From NCBI GenBank assembly GCA_002499195.1, contig DAKS01000018.1, positions 24,905 through 88,904 on the forward strand: a DNA stretch of 64,000 nucleotides, read 5' to 3'. Position numbers and translations under genes: made by a program. Under the pieces are notes generated by a model, which saw only the letters and a list, made by a program, of their open reading frames with translations, searched no databases and had not been told where the DNA came from. Source of the stretch: Euryarchaeota archaeon UBA443 (GTDB lineage Archaea > Thermoplasmatota > Poseidoniia > Poseidoniales > Poseidoniaceae). Position 1 is the first letter of the stretch. Each line of letters starts with the position of its first letter. This document shows positions 21,701-31,494 of the stretch, in pieces.

Positions 21701-21906
21701 ACTACATGGACCACGATGATGATGGTATGGCTACTGGTTGGGAGTATCACTTCGAATTTGATCCATTCGATGGTGCTGATCGTTTGGTCGATAGTGACGG
21801 AGATGGTCACACGAATTACTGTGAATTCAAATGGGATACGAACCCTCGTAACCCAGTCAGTTTCCCTGGACAAGGTGAATTGTGCGACCCATTTGAAGGC
21901 CAGTGA
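18748..21906 (+). CDS. Large membrane-anchored acidic surface protein with DxDxDG Ca-binding repeats and an embedded biotinyl/lipoyl-like domain
   Basis: GGAGG RBS; N-terminal TM; many DTDxDG(L/M)xDGWE and GT(D/N)P repeats; paired Cys. Confidence 0.85.
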   Translation: MSLNHNQMAYAAIISTLIFGSLFVGISGFYQTSSGVGDFDSAAEDNINPDVEITSGDALDEDGDGLPDVLESQYGTDPKDRDTDKDGMSDGWEVEHGLNPLDSGEAEEAEEDPGSTNTADDAEVSNESDSWPDPTQGKYGDPDNDGLTNEQEAELGTDPQRADTDNDGLNDRWESLYTMNVSSPDGTVMLFNPLSGNWDCTLLNGPLEQTLADILEDFEGAPTWSELENPLGKHSCDQVLDFDDDGLLNFQEEEYGTNPAAKDSDDDMLPDILEVNNANMILDFQLGATCGEPVITPPSQRLPTMAPFADEVSASWFLSDMDGDGYLNGPSDWDTDGDGMPDGFEYCFSFKENHPSATNNPPKAQSERLSPSNASDGYSDWDEDGLNNLEEYQVALKFGLHNGLPSFTSPWAEDTDQDGMPDGWEATQYNRTTLEYPLNPRNASNANDDIDFDGWDSDGDGDVVFDELELTTTVVDVYVEKGDPVSANTTVARGQYTLGGGNKQTVYLVAPVDGYVYDINVAPGDQIESRLFVWMNVVEESERFTNLMEYEARFDENGNSIGRSTDPTHGDTDLDGLLDGIEVGGWEILVVNRGVQLTWVVSDPGLADTDSDGLSDFVEFSSTCDGQGSNASNVDTDGDGESDQQEVMLGYIFNGEQYFTSACMFDTDNDGLEDGEEVIAGADNFVTHANNSDTDSDGLIDGNEILFIPRPFQHETNPLINDTDADGMLDGWEMQVKSTEDNTNSHSLWVAVSNWDRPGCTESTSNSCLMEPGGYVWINWLGGFELQKKYEVHEMNLSGFDLPGNTLCDGCKGRWALDPSLNSLKDDTYDIDNDTLPNGAESPSNWNTNPVDDDTDGDKLPDGWEVRYSYEAINNNLVDNATINAYGARGVMDPSMADSDLDGINDGEEDPDMDGLNRTGLIKKYCSGYNDSTNADCNINPDTPDGMKFYNNLENYTNFEELQNGTNPVSNDTDGDAWEDGPEVYYMDHDDDGMATGWEYHFEFDPFDGADRLVDSDGDGHTNYCEFKWDTNPRNPVSFPGQGELCDPFEGQ

Positions 21907-21909
21907 AGT

Positions 21910-23442
21910 ATGTTGAGCAAGACCAAAACAGCTATTTTTCTTGTTTTGTGCCTGTTGCTGACATTGCTTTTACCAACTAGTGTTTCAAATGAAACAGAAA
22001 ATTATCCAGTTTTCACATTTGACCAAGAAGATGGATATCATGTTGATTCAGAACTAAATCTATCTGGTCAGTCATCGTTTCCGTTAACTTCTATTGAAAT
22101 TAGTATATGGAATATATCTCTACCCGATCAGTGGTCTCAACTGTCTTCTAACCCATTCTTGGATTCCGTAGTCCCATTTACTGATGAAGTAACAGATTCC
22201 ACGATGTGGTCTTGGCAGCATTCGTATAATCTAAGTTCTGTTGACTGTACATGTTATGTCGAAATTTCATTAATGGAACATACGAATTTAACCTCATTCG
22301 GTCTTATTGTCTACGTGGGAGATGAGCATCATCGTCCAGTACTTCGACCATCGTCGACAGTAGATCTGAGCCAGTTCCATTCAACACAGATATTCAATTC
22401 CAATTCTATTGATTTGGCATATGAAGTACTCATTCCACCTTCTCACTCAGAACCGGGAACTACAATGGGATTGAATATAATTCCCGATGTGAGAATATGT
22501 CCAGTATCCAATGGAATCTGCTTGGAGAGTTATGTTAGCATTGCTACGAGTGATGCATCATTCGATGAAGAATTGCAATTGGTTGTTGATATGGATAATA
22601 GTTTAATCGATGATGGATTCTATTTGCTCCAAGTGCAAATTCAGGATGAATTTCTTAAACTTTCAAATAACCTAACACAATTCGTAATCATCGATCAAAC
22701 CGAGCCAACTGTTGAACTAACGGCTGTTGAGCAAGTCTTTGAATCGGAATCAATAGTCGTTGATATTGATGTCAATGATGGTTACATTGGCTCTACGTTT
22801 GTCATAACATGGACTATAACAGAACCTGATGGAACCCCTCGTTCAGTTTTGGATTCGGAAATTCTTGAGGATAGTCGCCTTGGATTTAAACCAACGAAAT
22901 CTGGCCAATATAGCGTCAATGCACTAGTCCGGGATTTAGGGGGTCATTTAGTTGTGGTCAATCATAATGTTTCAGTATTCAACATTGCTCCAGACGCAGT
23001 TGTCAGGTATGATGGATTTCTAGTACAAGATGGATCTCAAGTCACAATTCCTCAATCAGGCAATTGGGTCTTCAGTGCAAATGAATCAACAGACTCTGAG
23101 AGTGATATAATATCACTTGAGTATTATTGGTATGTTGATGGAAAGACCTTGTTGAGCGGTAAATCATATCTCACTTCATCCGATATACAAGCAACAACAT
23201 ATCGTGAAATCCGTGTTGAAGTCGTTGATGATGATGGTGAATCAAGCAACTTGTCGTTTGATGTAATCCATCAACAAAGTGAGTCGTTAGAATCATTTGC
23301 AGATACAACCTTGGCTTCGATGATATCTTTGTTTTTCATTCTCTTTATTGCTATCATTGTCTTTATGCGTCAACGAGGCCAATCTGATAAGAGTTCAGGA
23401 TTTGTCAAATGGACTGAGCGTGGCAAGAAGCCAAAGAATTGA
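21910..23442 (+). CDS. Secreted Ig/PKD-like domain protein with C-terminal membrane anchor
   Basis: Signal peptide; acidic beta-rich segments (FSANESTDSESD, LEYYWYVDG, VEVVDDDGE resemble PKD); C-terminal TM plus basic tail; 3 nt after previous stop. Confidence 0.7.
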   Translation: MLSKTKTAIFLVLCLLLTLLLPTSVSNETENYPVFTFDQEDGYHVDSELNLSGQSSFPLTSIEISIWNISLPDQWSQLSSNPFLDSVVPFTDEVTDSTMWSWQHSYNLSSVDCTCYVEISLMEHTNLTSFGLIVYVGDEHHRPVLRPSSTVDLSQFHSTQIFNSNSIDLAYEVLIPPSHSEPGTTMGLNIIPDVRICPVSNGICLESYVSIATSDASFDEELQLVVDMDNSLIDDGFYLLQVQIQDEFLKLSNNLTQFVIIDQTEPTVELTAVEQVFESESIVVDIDVNDGYIGSTFVITWTITEPDGTPRSVLDSEILEDSRLGFKPTKSGQYSVNALVRDLGGHLVVVNHNVSVFNIAPDAVVRYDGFLVQDGSQVTIPQSGNWVFSANESTDSESDIISLEYYWYVDGKTLLSGKSYLTSSDIQATTYREIRVEVVDDDGESSNLSFDVIHQQSESLESFADTTLASMISLFFILFIAIIVFMRQRGQSDKSSGFVKWTERGKKPKN

Positions 23443-23472
23443 TTAAAGAACTGTGACGGTTGGACATACATA

Positions 23473-24849
23473 GTGGGTGCCATGTTTGATGCAGCATTTG
23501 AAGCGTTGCCTGAGAAGCCACGTGCAATTTCCAAGGAGTTGTATCGTGAACGCCAGAAGCGTTTACTATCACAGTTTGATGTTGGAGATCTTGTCATAAT
23601 ATCTTCATTACCTGAAGCAACACGAAGCAACGACGTTCACTATCCTTATCGTTCATCCAGCGACATGCTCTACATGTGTGGATGGACCGATCCCGAGGCG
23701 ACATTGATGTTTTACCATGAAGATGGTCAATGGATATCTCACATCTTTGTACAGCCAAAGGACACATTGATGGAAATTTGGGAAGGACGTCGACATGGTG
23801 TCGAAGGTGCTCTCAAGGATTGGGCGGTAGACAAGGCAGATTCTTCTGAAGAAGTTCTATCTCATCTAGACCGAATTCTTGAATCATCGGTACGTGTCCA
23901 TGTTCGAACTGGAATAAATCCGGATATTGATGCTCTGGTTATGACCGCTGTAAAGAAACGTGATCGTAAGCGTCAGCATTTCGGTTCAGGTCCAATAAGT
24001 GTTGAAGATCCAAGTCGACGAATCGCAGAGATGCGGTTACGAAAATCGGACGAAGAAATTCAACAAATGCGCTATGCTGCTGAAGTTTCTTCCAAAGCTC
24101 ATGAATTGGCTATGGCAGCGAGTAAAGATGGAATTCATGAATTTCAAATTCAGTCGATCATCGAAGGATTCTTTGTCTATGGTGGAACCAGTGGGTGGGC
24201 ATACCCATCTATAGTTGGTTGTGGAGAGAATGCTACAATTCTCCATTATACGGTCAACAACTCTCCTTGTCAATCCGATGAGATAATTCTCATTGATGCA
24301 GGCGCTGAGTACGAGGGATATGCTGCAGATATTACACGCTCATGGCCTATTGGTGGAGTATTTTCGGACGCTCAGAAAGAAATTTATGAGGTTGTTCTCG
24401 ATGCTCAAGAAAAAGCAATTGATGTTTGTCGTGTTGGTAATCCATACAATATGCCTCATGAGGTTGCATGCAGAGCTCTTGCGGAAGGTCTAATTCGACT
24501 TGGAGTGATAAGCCAATCTGTCGAGGAGGCCCTTGATATGGAATCTGGTGAACTTCGAAGGTGGTACATGCATAATACTGGCCATTGGCTTGGTCTTGAT
24601 GTTCATGATGTTGGAACCTACAAGCCTGACGGTTCTCCACGTCTCTTAGAGGCTGGAATGGTACTTACGGTTGAACCAGGTCTCTATTTCGGAGCGTGGC
24701 GTCCTGACGTGGACTGCCCAGAACGATATGCAAATATTGGTATTCGAATTGAAGATGATGTTCTAGTCACTGATGGAGATCCTGATGTCCTTACAGGGTC
24801 ATGTCCAAAAACAATTGATGATATTGAACGAATCGTTGGTAGCCTTTGA
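23473..24849 (+). CDS. pepP: Xaa-Pro aminopeptidase (M24B)
   Basis: RSNDVHYPYR N-domain, ILHY, IDAGAE, ADITRSWP, HNTGHWLGLDVHD, TVEPGLY, GIRIEDD. Confidence 0.95.
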   Translation: MGAMFDAAFEALPEKPRAISKELYRERQKRLLSQFDVGDLVIISSLPEATRSNDVHYPYRSSSDMLYMCGWTDPEATLMFYHEDGQWISHIFVQPKDTLMEIWEGRRHGVEGALKDWAVDKADSSEEVLSHLDRILESSVRVHVRTGINPDIDALVMTAVKKRDRKRQHFGSGPISVEDPSRRIAEMRLRKSDEEIQQMRYAAEVSSKAHELAMAASKDGIHEFQIQSIIEGFFVYGGTSGWAYPSIVGCGENATILHYTVNNSPCQSDEIILIDAGAEYEGYAADITRSWPIGGVFSDAQKEIYEVVLDAQEKAIDVCRVGNPYNMPHEVACRALAEGLIRLGVISQSVEEALDMESGELRRWYMHNTGHWLGLDVHDVGTYKPDGSPRLLEAGMVLTVEPGLYFGAWRPDVDCPERYANIGIRIEDDVLVTDGDPDVLTGSCPKTIDDIERIVGSL

Positions 24850-24858
24850 GGTGGCCTT

Positions 24859-26043
24859 ATGGCTTGGAATGAAATTCTTGAACGGGTAGAGTCCTCGACC
24901 GAGATTTTCCGTCTTTCTGTTGAAGATTGTATCGAGTTATACGATAATGCTCCTCTTCATCAATTAATGGCAGCCGCACATCATCGTAGAACACTTCATA
25001 ACCCTACAAATGAAGTTACTTACCTCGTTGATCGAAACATCAACTACACCAATGTCTGTACTATTAACTGCCAGTTTTGTTCGTTTTACAGACCTCCTGG
25101 TCATGAAGAAACATACACTCAATCCTATGATGAAATTCATAATCGTATCCATGAATTGGAGGCGATTGGTGGTTCTCGAATTCTGATGCAGGGAGGTGTT
25201 AATCCTTCACTCGATTTCGAATGGTACATCGATCTCATCAAAGAATTACGAGAACAGCATCCAACTATTGACTTGGATTGCTTCTCTCCTATTGAAATTG
25301 AAGGTATTGCTGAAGTGACTAGACTCTCCACGCAAGAAGTTCTTGTTCGACTCAAAGATGCAGGAATGCATGGATTACCTGGAGGTGGTGCTGAGATGCT
25401 TGTCGAAACTGTTCGCAAAGATGTTTCACCAAAGAAAGGACATCCAGATAATTGGCTAAGAGTGATGAAAGAAGCCCAACTTCTTGGATTGACTACAAGT
25501 GCGACAAACGTGATTGGTTTTGGTGAAACGAATGCAGATAGAGTCCAACATCTCAAGCGAATCCGTACTCAGCAGGATGAGGTTTTGAAACAAGGTCTAA
25601 CTGGATTTACATCCTTCATCGCATGGCCAGTTCAATTGGAAACAAACAGCTTTGGAAAACGTAATCGAGGCCAAAATAAATTTGAACGTGGTGCAGGACC
25701 TACCGAATATCTTCGTCATGTTGCAATTTCACGTTTGTTTTTGGACAACGTGAATCACATTCAAGCATCTTGGCCGACGATGGGGATGAGCATTGCTCAG
25801 ATGGCTCTCCTAGCGGGAGCAGATGATGCAGGTTCCACGATGATGGAAGAAAATGTCGTATCTGCCTCTGGTACATCGAAATTAAGTGCAACGGAGTACG
25901 AACTTCAATTGTCTATCAAACGTGCAGGATTCATTCCAGTACGTAGAAACAGTGACTATAATCTTCTAGAAACTCCAAACGCTCTTATCGAGGCTCCAGA
26001 GGTAAAATGTCACCCTCCGATTCATGCTGTTGAATTGGTATAG
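24859..26043 (+). CDS. mqnC: CofH/MqnC-family radical SAM protein, probably cyclic dehypoxanthine futalosine synthase
   Basis: VDRNINYTNVC-x3-C-x2-C, ILMQGG, PGGGAEML, FTSFIAW, HIQASW, GSTMMEENVV. Confidence 0.8.
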   Translation: MAWNEILERVESSTEIFRLSVEDCIELYDNAPLHQLMAAAHHRRTLHNPTNEVTYLVDRNINYTNVCTINCQFCSFYRPPGHEETYTQSYDEIHNRIHELEAIGGSRILMQGGVNPSLDFEWYIDLIKELREQHPTIDLDCFSPIEIEGIAEVTRLSTQEVLVRLKDAGMHGLPGGGAEMLVETVRKDVSPKKGHPDNWLRVMKEAQLLGLTTSATNVIGFGETNADRVQHLKRIRTQQDEVLKQGLTGFTSFIAWPVQLETNSFGKRNRGQNKFERGAGPTEYLRHVAISRLFLDNVNHIQASWPTMGMSIAQMALLAGADDAGSTMMEENVVSASGTSKLSATEYELQLSIKRAGFIPVRRNSDYNLLETPNALIEAPEVKCHPPIHAVELV

Positions 26044-29000
26044 AATACGACCCAAATCTCTGCAACAATGTTTCTTCCACCTTTACTTGATTCTCCTGTG
26101 GGATTGTATTCTTGCCCGTTGAATAAACCACGATATGTTAATTCGTTAACCTGTCCATTCATGTCTACCCATGATGTAATATCATAACTCCATTGTTTAA
26201 CATCTTGGCCAGCACACCAGCCTGCACGTCCATAGGGCCACGAACCGAATTGATTGGCAACGACTCCATTGCTCACTTCGTTTTCACAACCGGTACTTGA
26301 GTAGACGATTGGATGCCATTCGTATGTCTGATGAGAACCCATGTAGTAATAATGTTGATGATCACAAAATTCTGCACAGTTCGCATCATCCTTTTGGAAA
26401 CCATGACCTGTAATAGTTGCAACGATTTCGACTCTTGTTGTTTCGCTAGGAACTGTGAAATTTAGGCTCCTAACATATCGACTTTCATTATTGTAAGTAC
26501 CATCGAATTCTCCACCAGTAAACCCAAATTCTGCATCAAATGCTCGCTCACCACTTCCCCAATTGGAGAATAGGAATTTGATCGTCATATCTCCTTTATT
26601 CGCTCCTTTGTAACGGAATCTTCGATCTTGGTCTTCTTCAAGCATGAACAGGTAAGGACTGATGTCGGTCAACCAGCGACCTTCGCGTCCATATGTTGTA
26701 ATCCAACGCACAAATTCTGTACCACAAACAGATGAATTATCAGCATCGCATATGTAGAGATGAGCAAGATAATCCCATTCATGACAACCCCCATAGTTTC
26801 CATCACTTTTCTGATACCGATTACTTCGTTCATCGCAAGCATGCTCATGGAATACTTCTAGTGTATCGTATGAACTTAAGTTATCAGGTAAACTGAATGT
26901 TGCATTACGGTAGGAATTGTGGTTTGCTTGCCATCCACCAGAATGTCGCTCGAAATCGTAAAGTGTCACCACATCGATTCCTGTATCCTGCATTCTGATT
27001 TCTGGTTCAAACTCAGCATTCCACTGATGAGGTTCGTATGTGTAGTGGAATGGATCATTTGTTTGAGATACCCATGCGTAAATTGAGCCAGTATCGCGTG
27101 CTCTCTGGAATCGATCAATCCCCATAAAAAAGGGACTATTGAAGTTTGAAATCATTTCACCAAGCCCACCTTGGATGTTACTAGCGTCCATATCAATGTA
27201 GTGAATTCGACCATCCCATTTCTCTTCCTCACTCGGATTTAGACGTGTCTCAACATCGCTTTTTCGTGAAAGTATATCGTTATGGTATGAAGAATCAAAC
27301 GAACCGTAGAACAAATGAGTGTTGTCTGGTAAATTGCGAATGAAGGTTCCAGGATTAGTTGACCATGTTCCTGAATTTGAGTTTCCACTACTATCTGTAT
27401 ACTTGAACATGAAGAGATATACATCGTTACCAGTCCACTTGTTTTGGAATGTAAACGTTCCATCAAGTGTAGGTACTGTGAAGGTTGGAACAATATCCAT
27501 TGGACCATTTACAGACGTTCCTGCTGTCCATTGTACAGGCTTTTGTACAATTGCACATCCATCCGTATCGATTGTCCAACGCTCAGGGCTATCGGCACAT
27601 ATGTCGACGTTAGCAAAAACCCCATCTCCATCAAGATCTGCACATCCAAATGAATTGACCTGCAATCCGCTTGGAGTTCCTTCGCATTGGTCGATAAAAT
27701 CATTCACTCCATCTGCGTCCGTATCACGTTCAACTGCGGCACAACCAAATTCGTCAACATCAACAGCTCCTAATGGTGTTGTTGGACATAAGTCGAGGGT
27801 TGCTCCCGTAGCATTAACGTCGTTGACATTGTCATTATCATCATCTAAATCTTCAGTGGAATCATAGCATCCATCCATATCAAAATCTGTAATTTGAGTT
27901 CGCTCGTACTGCCAATTTGAACGCCCTCTTGGACAGGCATCGGTTGAATCGTTTTCACCATCATTATCATCATCCAAATCTTCGAGTAAATCATTGCAGC
28001 CATCTTGATCCCAATCATTGTAGAGGTTTGCAGGCCAGTTCACTTCTCCGTTCAAACAAGAATCATCAACATCAGGAATTCCATCGCCATCATCATCCTC
28101 ATCATTACTATCGTCATGACATCCATCTTGATCTCTATCGTTTTCCAGCGTACTCAACCATCCAATGGTTGAAACACAACCATCATTGGAGTCCAATATT
28201 CCATCGTTATCATCATCAAGGTCTTCATCAAAATCTCGACAACCATCCTGGTCTGCATCACTAGGCAAATTCGATGCCCAACCATCCGATTCCCCTACTC
28301 CTTCAGGGCATAAATCGAGTTCATCAGTGATTCCATCACCATCAATATCGTTGTTAGCTTCAACAATGATTGTTATATTCCGATAATCTTCTGATAATGT
28401 ATATTGGCCACACTGAGCACTGATAGTCACTACAAAGGATTCTGTTCTCAAATCTAAATCAGTCAGAATTGATGTGAATGAGCCATCTGATTGGATTGTG
28501 AGAGAATTAGAATTGACTGTAGAATCTTCTTCAGGAACATCGATTTGGGCTAAACATGTGTTTAGGCTTTCATGCAAAACCTTTCCTTGAAGAACTAGCA
28601 TTGATGATTCAACAACAAGATATTGAGGGGCAACGAGTGAAGTTGTGCCTTCATCGGGTACAAGAATATCTACAGTATTCGACATTGTTATTTCATCGCC
28701 TTCTGAGGGGATAATTTTTACATCGATCTCATATATTCCGGGAGTATTTGGTAACAGAATTATTGAGATGTATGTCGGTTTTGTATTTATGCTCCAGTCG
28801 GATGAACTAATTGATTCATTTTCAAGTTTGATGTCAGAATCAATACTAAACGTACCTTCTCCAGTCGTTTCTAGTAGTATGCTCAATTCTAGGATTTCTC
28901 CAATCTCTCCTGTTACTGACTGTTTGTCCCAAGAAGCGGATATGCTATATGGAATCACAACAACCTGATCATCATCAACCTCTGTCTCCGATTCAGCGCC

Positions 29001-29060
29001 AAAGCAACCCGAAAACATCAGTAGCGAAAGGAAAACTGCGATGAAAGGCTTCTTGGCCAT
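26022..29060 (-). CDS. Lipoprotein with thrombospondin-3-like Ca-binding repeats and C-terminal peptide-N-glycosidase F-like domains
   Basis: Lipobox-like FSGC; DxDxDG-C repeats; CHEWDY, EFVRWITTYGR, ITGHG, CAEFC, NQFGSWPYGRAGWC. Confidence 0.8.
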   Translation of the reverse strand: MAKKPFIAVFLSLLMFSGCFGAESETEVDDDQVVVIPYSISASWDKQSVTGEIGEILELSILLETTGEGTFSIDSDIKLENESISSSDWSINTKPTYISIILLPNTPGIYEIDVKIIPSEGDEITMSNTVDILVPDEGTTSLVAPQYLVVESSMLVLQGKVLHESLNTCLAQIDVPEEDSTVNSNSLTIQSDGSFTSILTDLDLRTESFVVTISAQCGQYTLSEDYRNITIIVEANNDIDGDGITDELDLCPEGVGESDGWASNLPSDADQDGCRDFDEDLDDDNDGILDSNDGCVSTIGWLSTLENDRDQDGCHDDSNDEDDDGDGIPDVDDSCLNGEVNWPANLYNDWDQDGCNDLLEDLDDDNDGENDSTDACPRGRSNWQYERTQITDFDMDGCYDSTEDLDDDNDNVNDVNATGATLDLCPTTPLGAVDVDEFGCAAVERDTDADGVNDFIDQCEGTPSGLQVNSFGCADLDGDGVFANVDICADSPERWTIDTDGCAIVQKPVQWTAGTSVNGPMDIVPTFTVPTLDGTFTFQNKWTGNDVYLFMFKYTDSSGNSNSGTWSTNPGTFIRNLPDNTHLFYGSFDSSYHNDILSRKSDVETRLNPSEEEKWDGRIHYIDMDASNIQGGLGEMISNFNSPFFMGIDRFQRARDTGSIYAWVSQTNDPFHYTYEPHQWNAEFEPEIRMQDTGIDVVTLYDFERHSGGWQANHNSYRNATFSLPDNLSSYDTLEVFHEHACDERSNRYQKSDGNYGGCHEWDYLAHLYICDADNSSVCGTEFVRWITTYGREGRWLTDISPYLFMLEEDQDRRFRYKGANKGDMTIKFLFSNWGSGERAFDAEFGFTGGEFDGTYNNESRYVRSLNFTVPSETTRVEIVATITGHGFQKDDANCAEFCDHQHYYYMGSHQTYEWHPIVYSSTGCENEVSNGVVANQFGSWPYGRAGWCAGQDVKQWSYDITSWVDMNGQVNELTYRGLFNGQEYNPTGESSKGGRNIVAEIWVVFYTNSTA

Positions 29061-29090
29061 AACCGATACATGGACCTGAAGAACATGAAC

Positions 29091-30224
29091 CTAACGTCGG
29101 CCAATGTAGAGTTGTTCTGTCCTAGGATCGCTTATTTCGAGATTTTCAAGGTGAACAAGTTGATCAGAGAATTCAACTCTAACCGGACATACCCATAACA
29201 ATGGCATTTGCTTTTCACGTTTTATCTTGAGAATGAATTCCCAATGGATTCGATGGAGGCTTGAATTCATTGTACCCGGCCATAATTGTTCAGGAGGTGG
29301 GATCTCAAACGATCCATCATCATCAATCTTGGATTGACCTCCTTCTTCTGAAAAGCGCATTGGTCGCAAAAACACTCCTCCTTGGATGTCTTGTCTTTCC
29401 ATCGGGGAATCCTCCCCCCCTGCTGTACCGTCATCAAGCCCTGCTTCCCAGTGGTGTGGTAATGGCGTGGAAAGACCAATCGGCGGTTGGGAATCCTCAG
29501 ATGTATTGGAAATGTCGATTAGTGCTTTCCTAGATGGTGGCAAAGTACCTACTTGCCAATGTACGGTCATCGATTTCCAATCAGCTAATTCCTCGGGAAT
29601 ATGAATCGTTCCACGCAGTGGTTTACCACTGACGACCTGATTTGAAAACTCAACGATTGGATGTTCAATAGGAGTGCGGAAAAAATCTTGTTGACGTTTC
29701 AAATCAATGAAATTTGCAATGAGGCGCAATACGATAGGAAGCATCAAAATTGGTACAACGATAATACTGAGAATAGGATAATCGAGGAGTCCAATTTGCA
29801 TGCTCTTCGTACCAAAACTCGGAATACCTATCGCACTAAGCAAGGGTTCTAAAAACAAGTACACTAGTGTAGTCAAAAGTAGAATAACAGCAGCATTGAT
29901 CATATTTCTGGCATAACGGTGCAAGTTGTTCGGCAGAATATACCATCCTCTACGTTGTTGATTGATAAGCTGAACAAATGGCCGTGTATCTACAACTGTG
30001 TCAGTTACATGCTCCATCTTTTTACCATCGTTATTTGTGATGAGTCGCTCAAGAAGCCACCCCTCTTTACTTTCAATTTTGTACGGTGGTAATCGTTGCT
30101 CAATTTGGACATCACTCAAATTGGATTCAACAATTTTTTCCGAAACAGGTGCAGCATCAGCATTGATTCTTTTATCATCAAATGGAGGGTATCGTACACG
30201 ATGAATGATTGTCCAATTTGACAT
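29091..30224 (-). CDS. Hypothetical membrane protein (2 TM, C-terminal beta domain)
   Basis: 377 aa ORF 9 nt downstream of geranylgeranyl reductase on the same strand; GAGGTGA RBS upstream. Confidence 0.7.
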   Translation of the reverse strand: MSNWTIIHRVRYPPFDDKRINADAAPVSEKIVESNLSDVQIEQRLPPYKIESKEGWLLERLITNNDGKKMEHVTDTVVDTRPFVQLINQQRRGWYILPNNLHRYARNMINAAVILLLTTLVYLFLEPLLSAIGIPSFGTKSMQIGLLDYPILSIIVVPILMLPIVLRLIANFIDLKRQQDFFRTPIEHPIVEFSNQVVSGKPLRGTIHIPEELADWKSMTVHWQVGTLPPSRKALIDISNTSEDSQPPIGLSTPLPHHWEAGLDDGTAGGEDSPMERQDIQGGVFLRPMRFSEEGGQSKIDDDGSFEIPPPEQLWPGTMNSSLHRIHWEFILKIKREKQMPLLWVCPVRVEFSDQLVHLENLEISDPRTEQLYIGRR

Positions 30225-30233
30225 TCCTTCACC

Positions 30234-31457
30234 TCAAGTAAACAGGAGCTTGACTCCAGCCTTTAGAGCAAGTTTGCGAAATGCTGGGACGTTTTTCAAT
30301 AAAGCAAGACCCAGTGGAACCGGTTTTTCTATGTCACCAATCTCGTTGATCAATGAAATTACTTCCGGTTTTGCAAAATTAGCAAAATGCGCATCTAGTT
30401 CTTCATCCGAACGTGTTGAAACGAGAAGATCTCTTAGTGCTCGAGCACGGTCCTGTTCTTTTTTCATTTTTGGCCATGATGTTTTGGTAACGTATTTGAG
30501 GTGCTTCTCAGAAAGTTGGTCCAGATTAATTTGTTTCACGAGTCGATCTACAACCGAAGAAATTTGTTTGAATCCTGGTCCTAGACCGCCGCCTGTAGTC
30601 GGTTTGGCCATGCCAGCAGCATCACCAATTACCAGTACTCGATCTTTGAACGGTCGGCGAATCATCCCTGAAGGAACAGGGCCGCAATAGCGTGCAGTCT
30701 CTGTAATGTTCTCAAATTTGTCTTTCCAAAGAGGATGTTGAAGGAAGTCATTGTAACAATCAAGAACAGTCCGGCCATCAAGTAGATCGGCTTTAGACCA
30801 AAGGCCGATTCTATGGGTACCATTGCCAGATGGAATGATCCATGCAAAAAATCCGGGTGCGATTTCAGAGCCACTATACATTTCTAACCAGCGTTCTTTT
30901 CCTTCATATCCGACAACCTCGGTTTGAAACCCGACCAGCATTTCCTTTGGATATCCCATTTTGAAGCGTCGGCGAACCCAGGAATGTGCGCCATCGCACC
31001 CGATGAGAAGTTTTGACCGAAGGGTTGTTGTTTCGTTTGTGCGTTGGTTTATGATTTGAATCTCAACACCATCTTCTTGAACATCTGCTGAGACAGGTTG
31101 TGATTCGAGGAGAATATCTGATCCTGCTTCTAGCCCTTGTTGAACAACTGTTTGATCGAATCGTTTTCTACAGACTACATAAGTTCTCAATTCACCTTCA
31201 CGTCCAACAGGGACGAGGGTTCCAGAAGGGCCATGAATCAGGGCACCATCAACATCAGCCACCACAGTGTCGTAAGCTTCGACTGCATCCATTGCACTTG
31301 GAGTTACAAGGCCAGCACACTGAAATGGGCGCCCAACTTCATTATGTTCTTCAACCATCAGAACAGAGAGTCCCCGCTCACAAAGCAGTCTTGCAGTGTA
31401 GCCTCCAACAGGCCCAGCCCCGATGATGATAACATCATAGTCGAAGTCCATGTTCAT
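30234..31457 (-). CDS. Geranylgeranyl reductase family (digeranylgeranylglycerophospholipid reductase-like)
   Basis: YDVIIIGAGPVG, PFQCAG, IGCDGAHS, GFFAWIIP, GDAAGMAKPTTGGG. Confidence 0.9.
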   Translation of the reverse strand: MNMDFDYDVIIIGAGPVGGYTARLLCERGLSVLMVEEHNEVGRPFQCAGLVTPSAMDAVEAYDTVVADVDGALIHGPSGTLVPVGREGELRTYVVCRKRFDQTVVQQGLEAGSDILLESQPVSADVQEDGVEIQIINQRTNETTTLRSKLLIGCDGAHSWVRRRFKMGYPKEMLVGFQTEVVGYEGKERWLEMYSGSEIAPGFFAWIIPSGNGTHRIGLWSKADLLDGRTVLDCYNDFLQHPLWKDKFENITETARYCGPVPSGMIRRPFKDRVLVIGDAAGMAKPTTGGGLGPGFKQISSVVDRLVKQINLDQLSEKHLKYVTKTSWPKMKKEQDRARALRDLLVSTRSDEELDAHFANFAKPEVISLINEIGDIEKPVPLGLALLKNVPAFRKLALKAGVKLLFT

Positions 31458-31494
31458 CTACGATGGACCGAACTTCAAGAAGTTTCTTCTCTAT

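Noticed and set aside
24859..26043. F420 synthase subunit CofH
   Set aside because: No cofG nearby and motifs (VDRNINYTNVC, ILMQGG, MMEENVV) look closer to MqnC; not fully excluded
18748..29060. Repetitive gatgatgat/gacggt-like DNA as tandem repeats or CRISPR
   Set aside because: Repeats are at protein level (DxDxDG) with variable codons; no identical direct repeats with spacers
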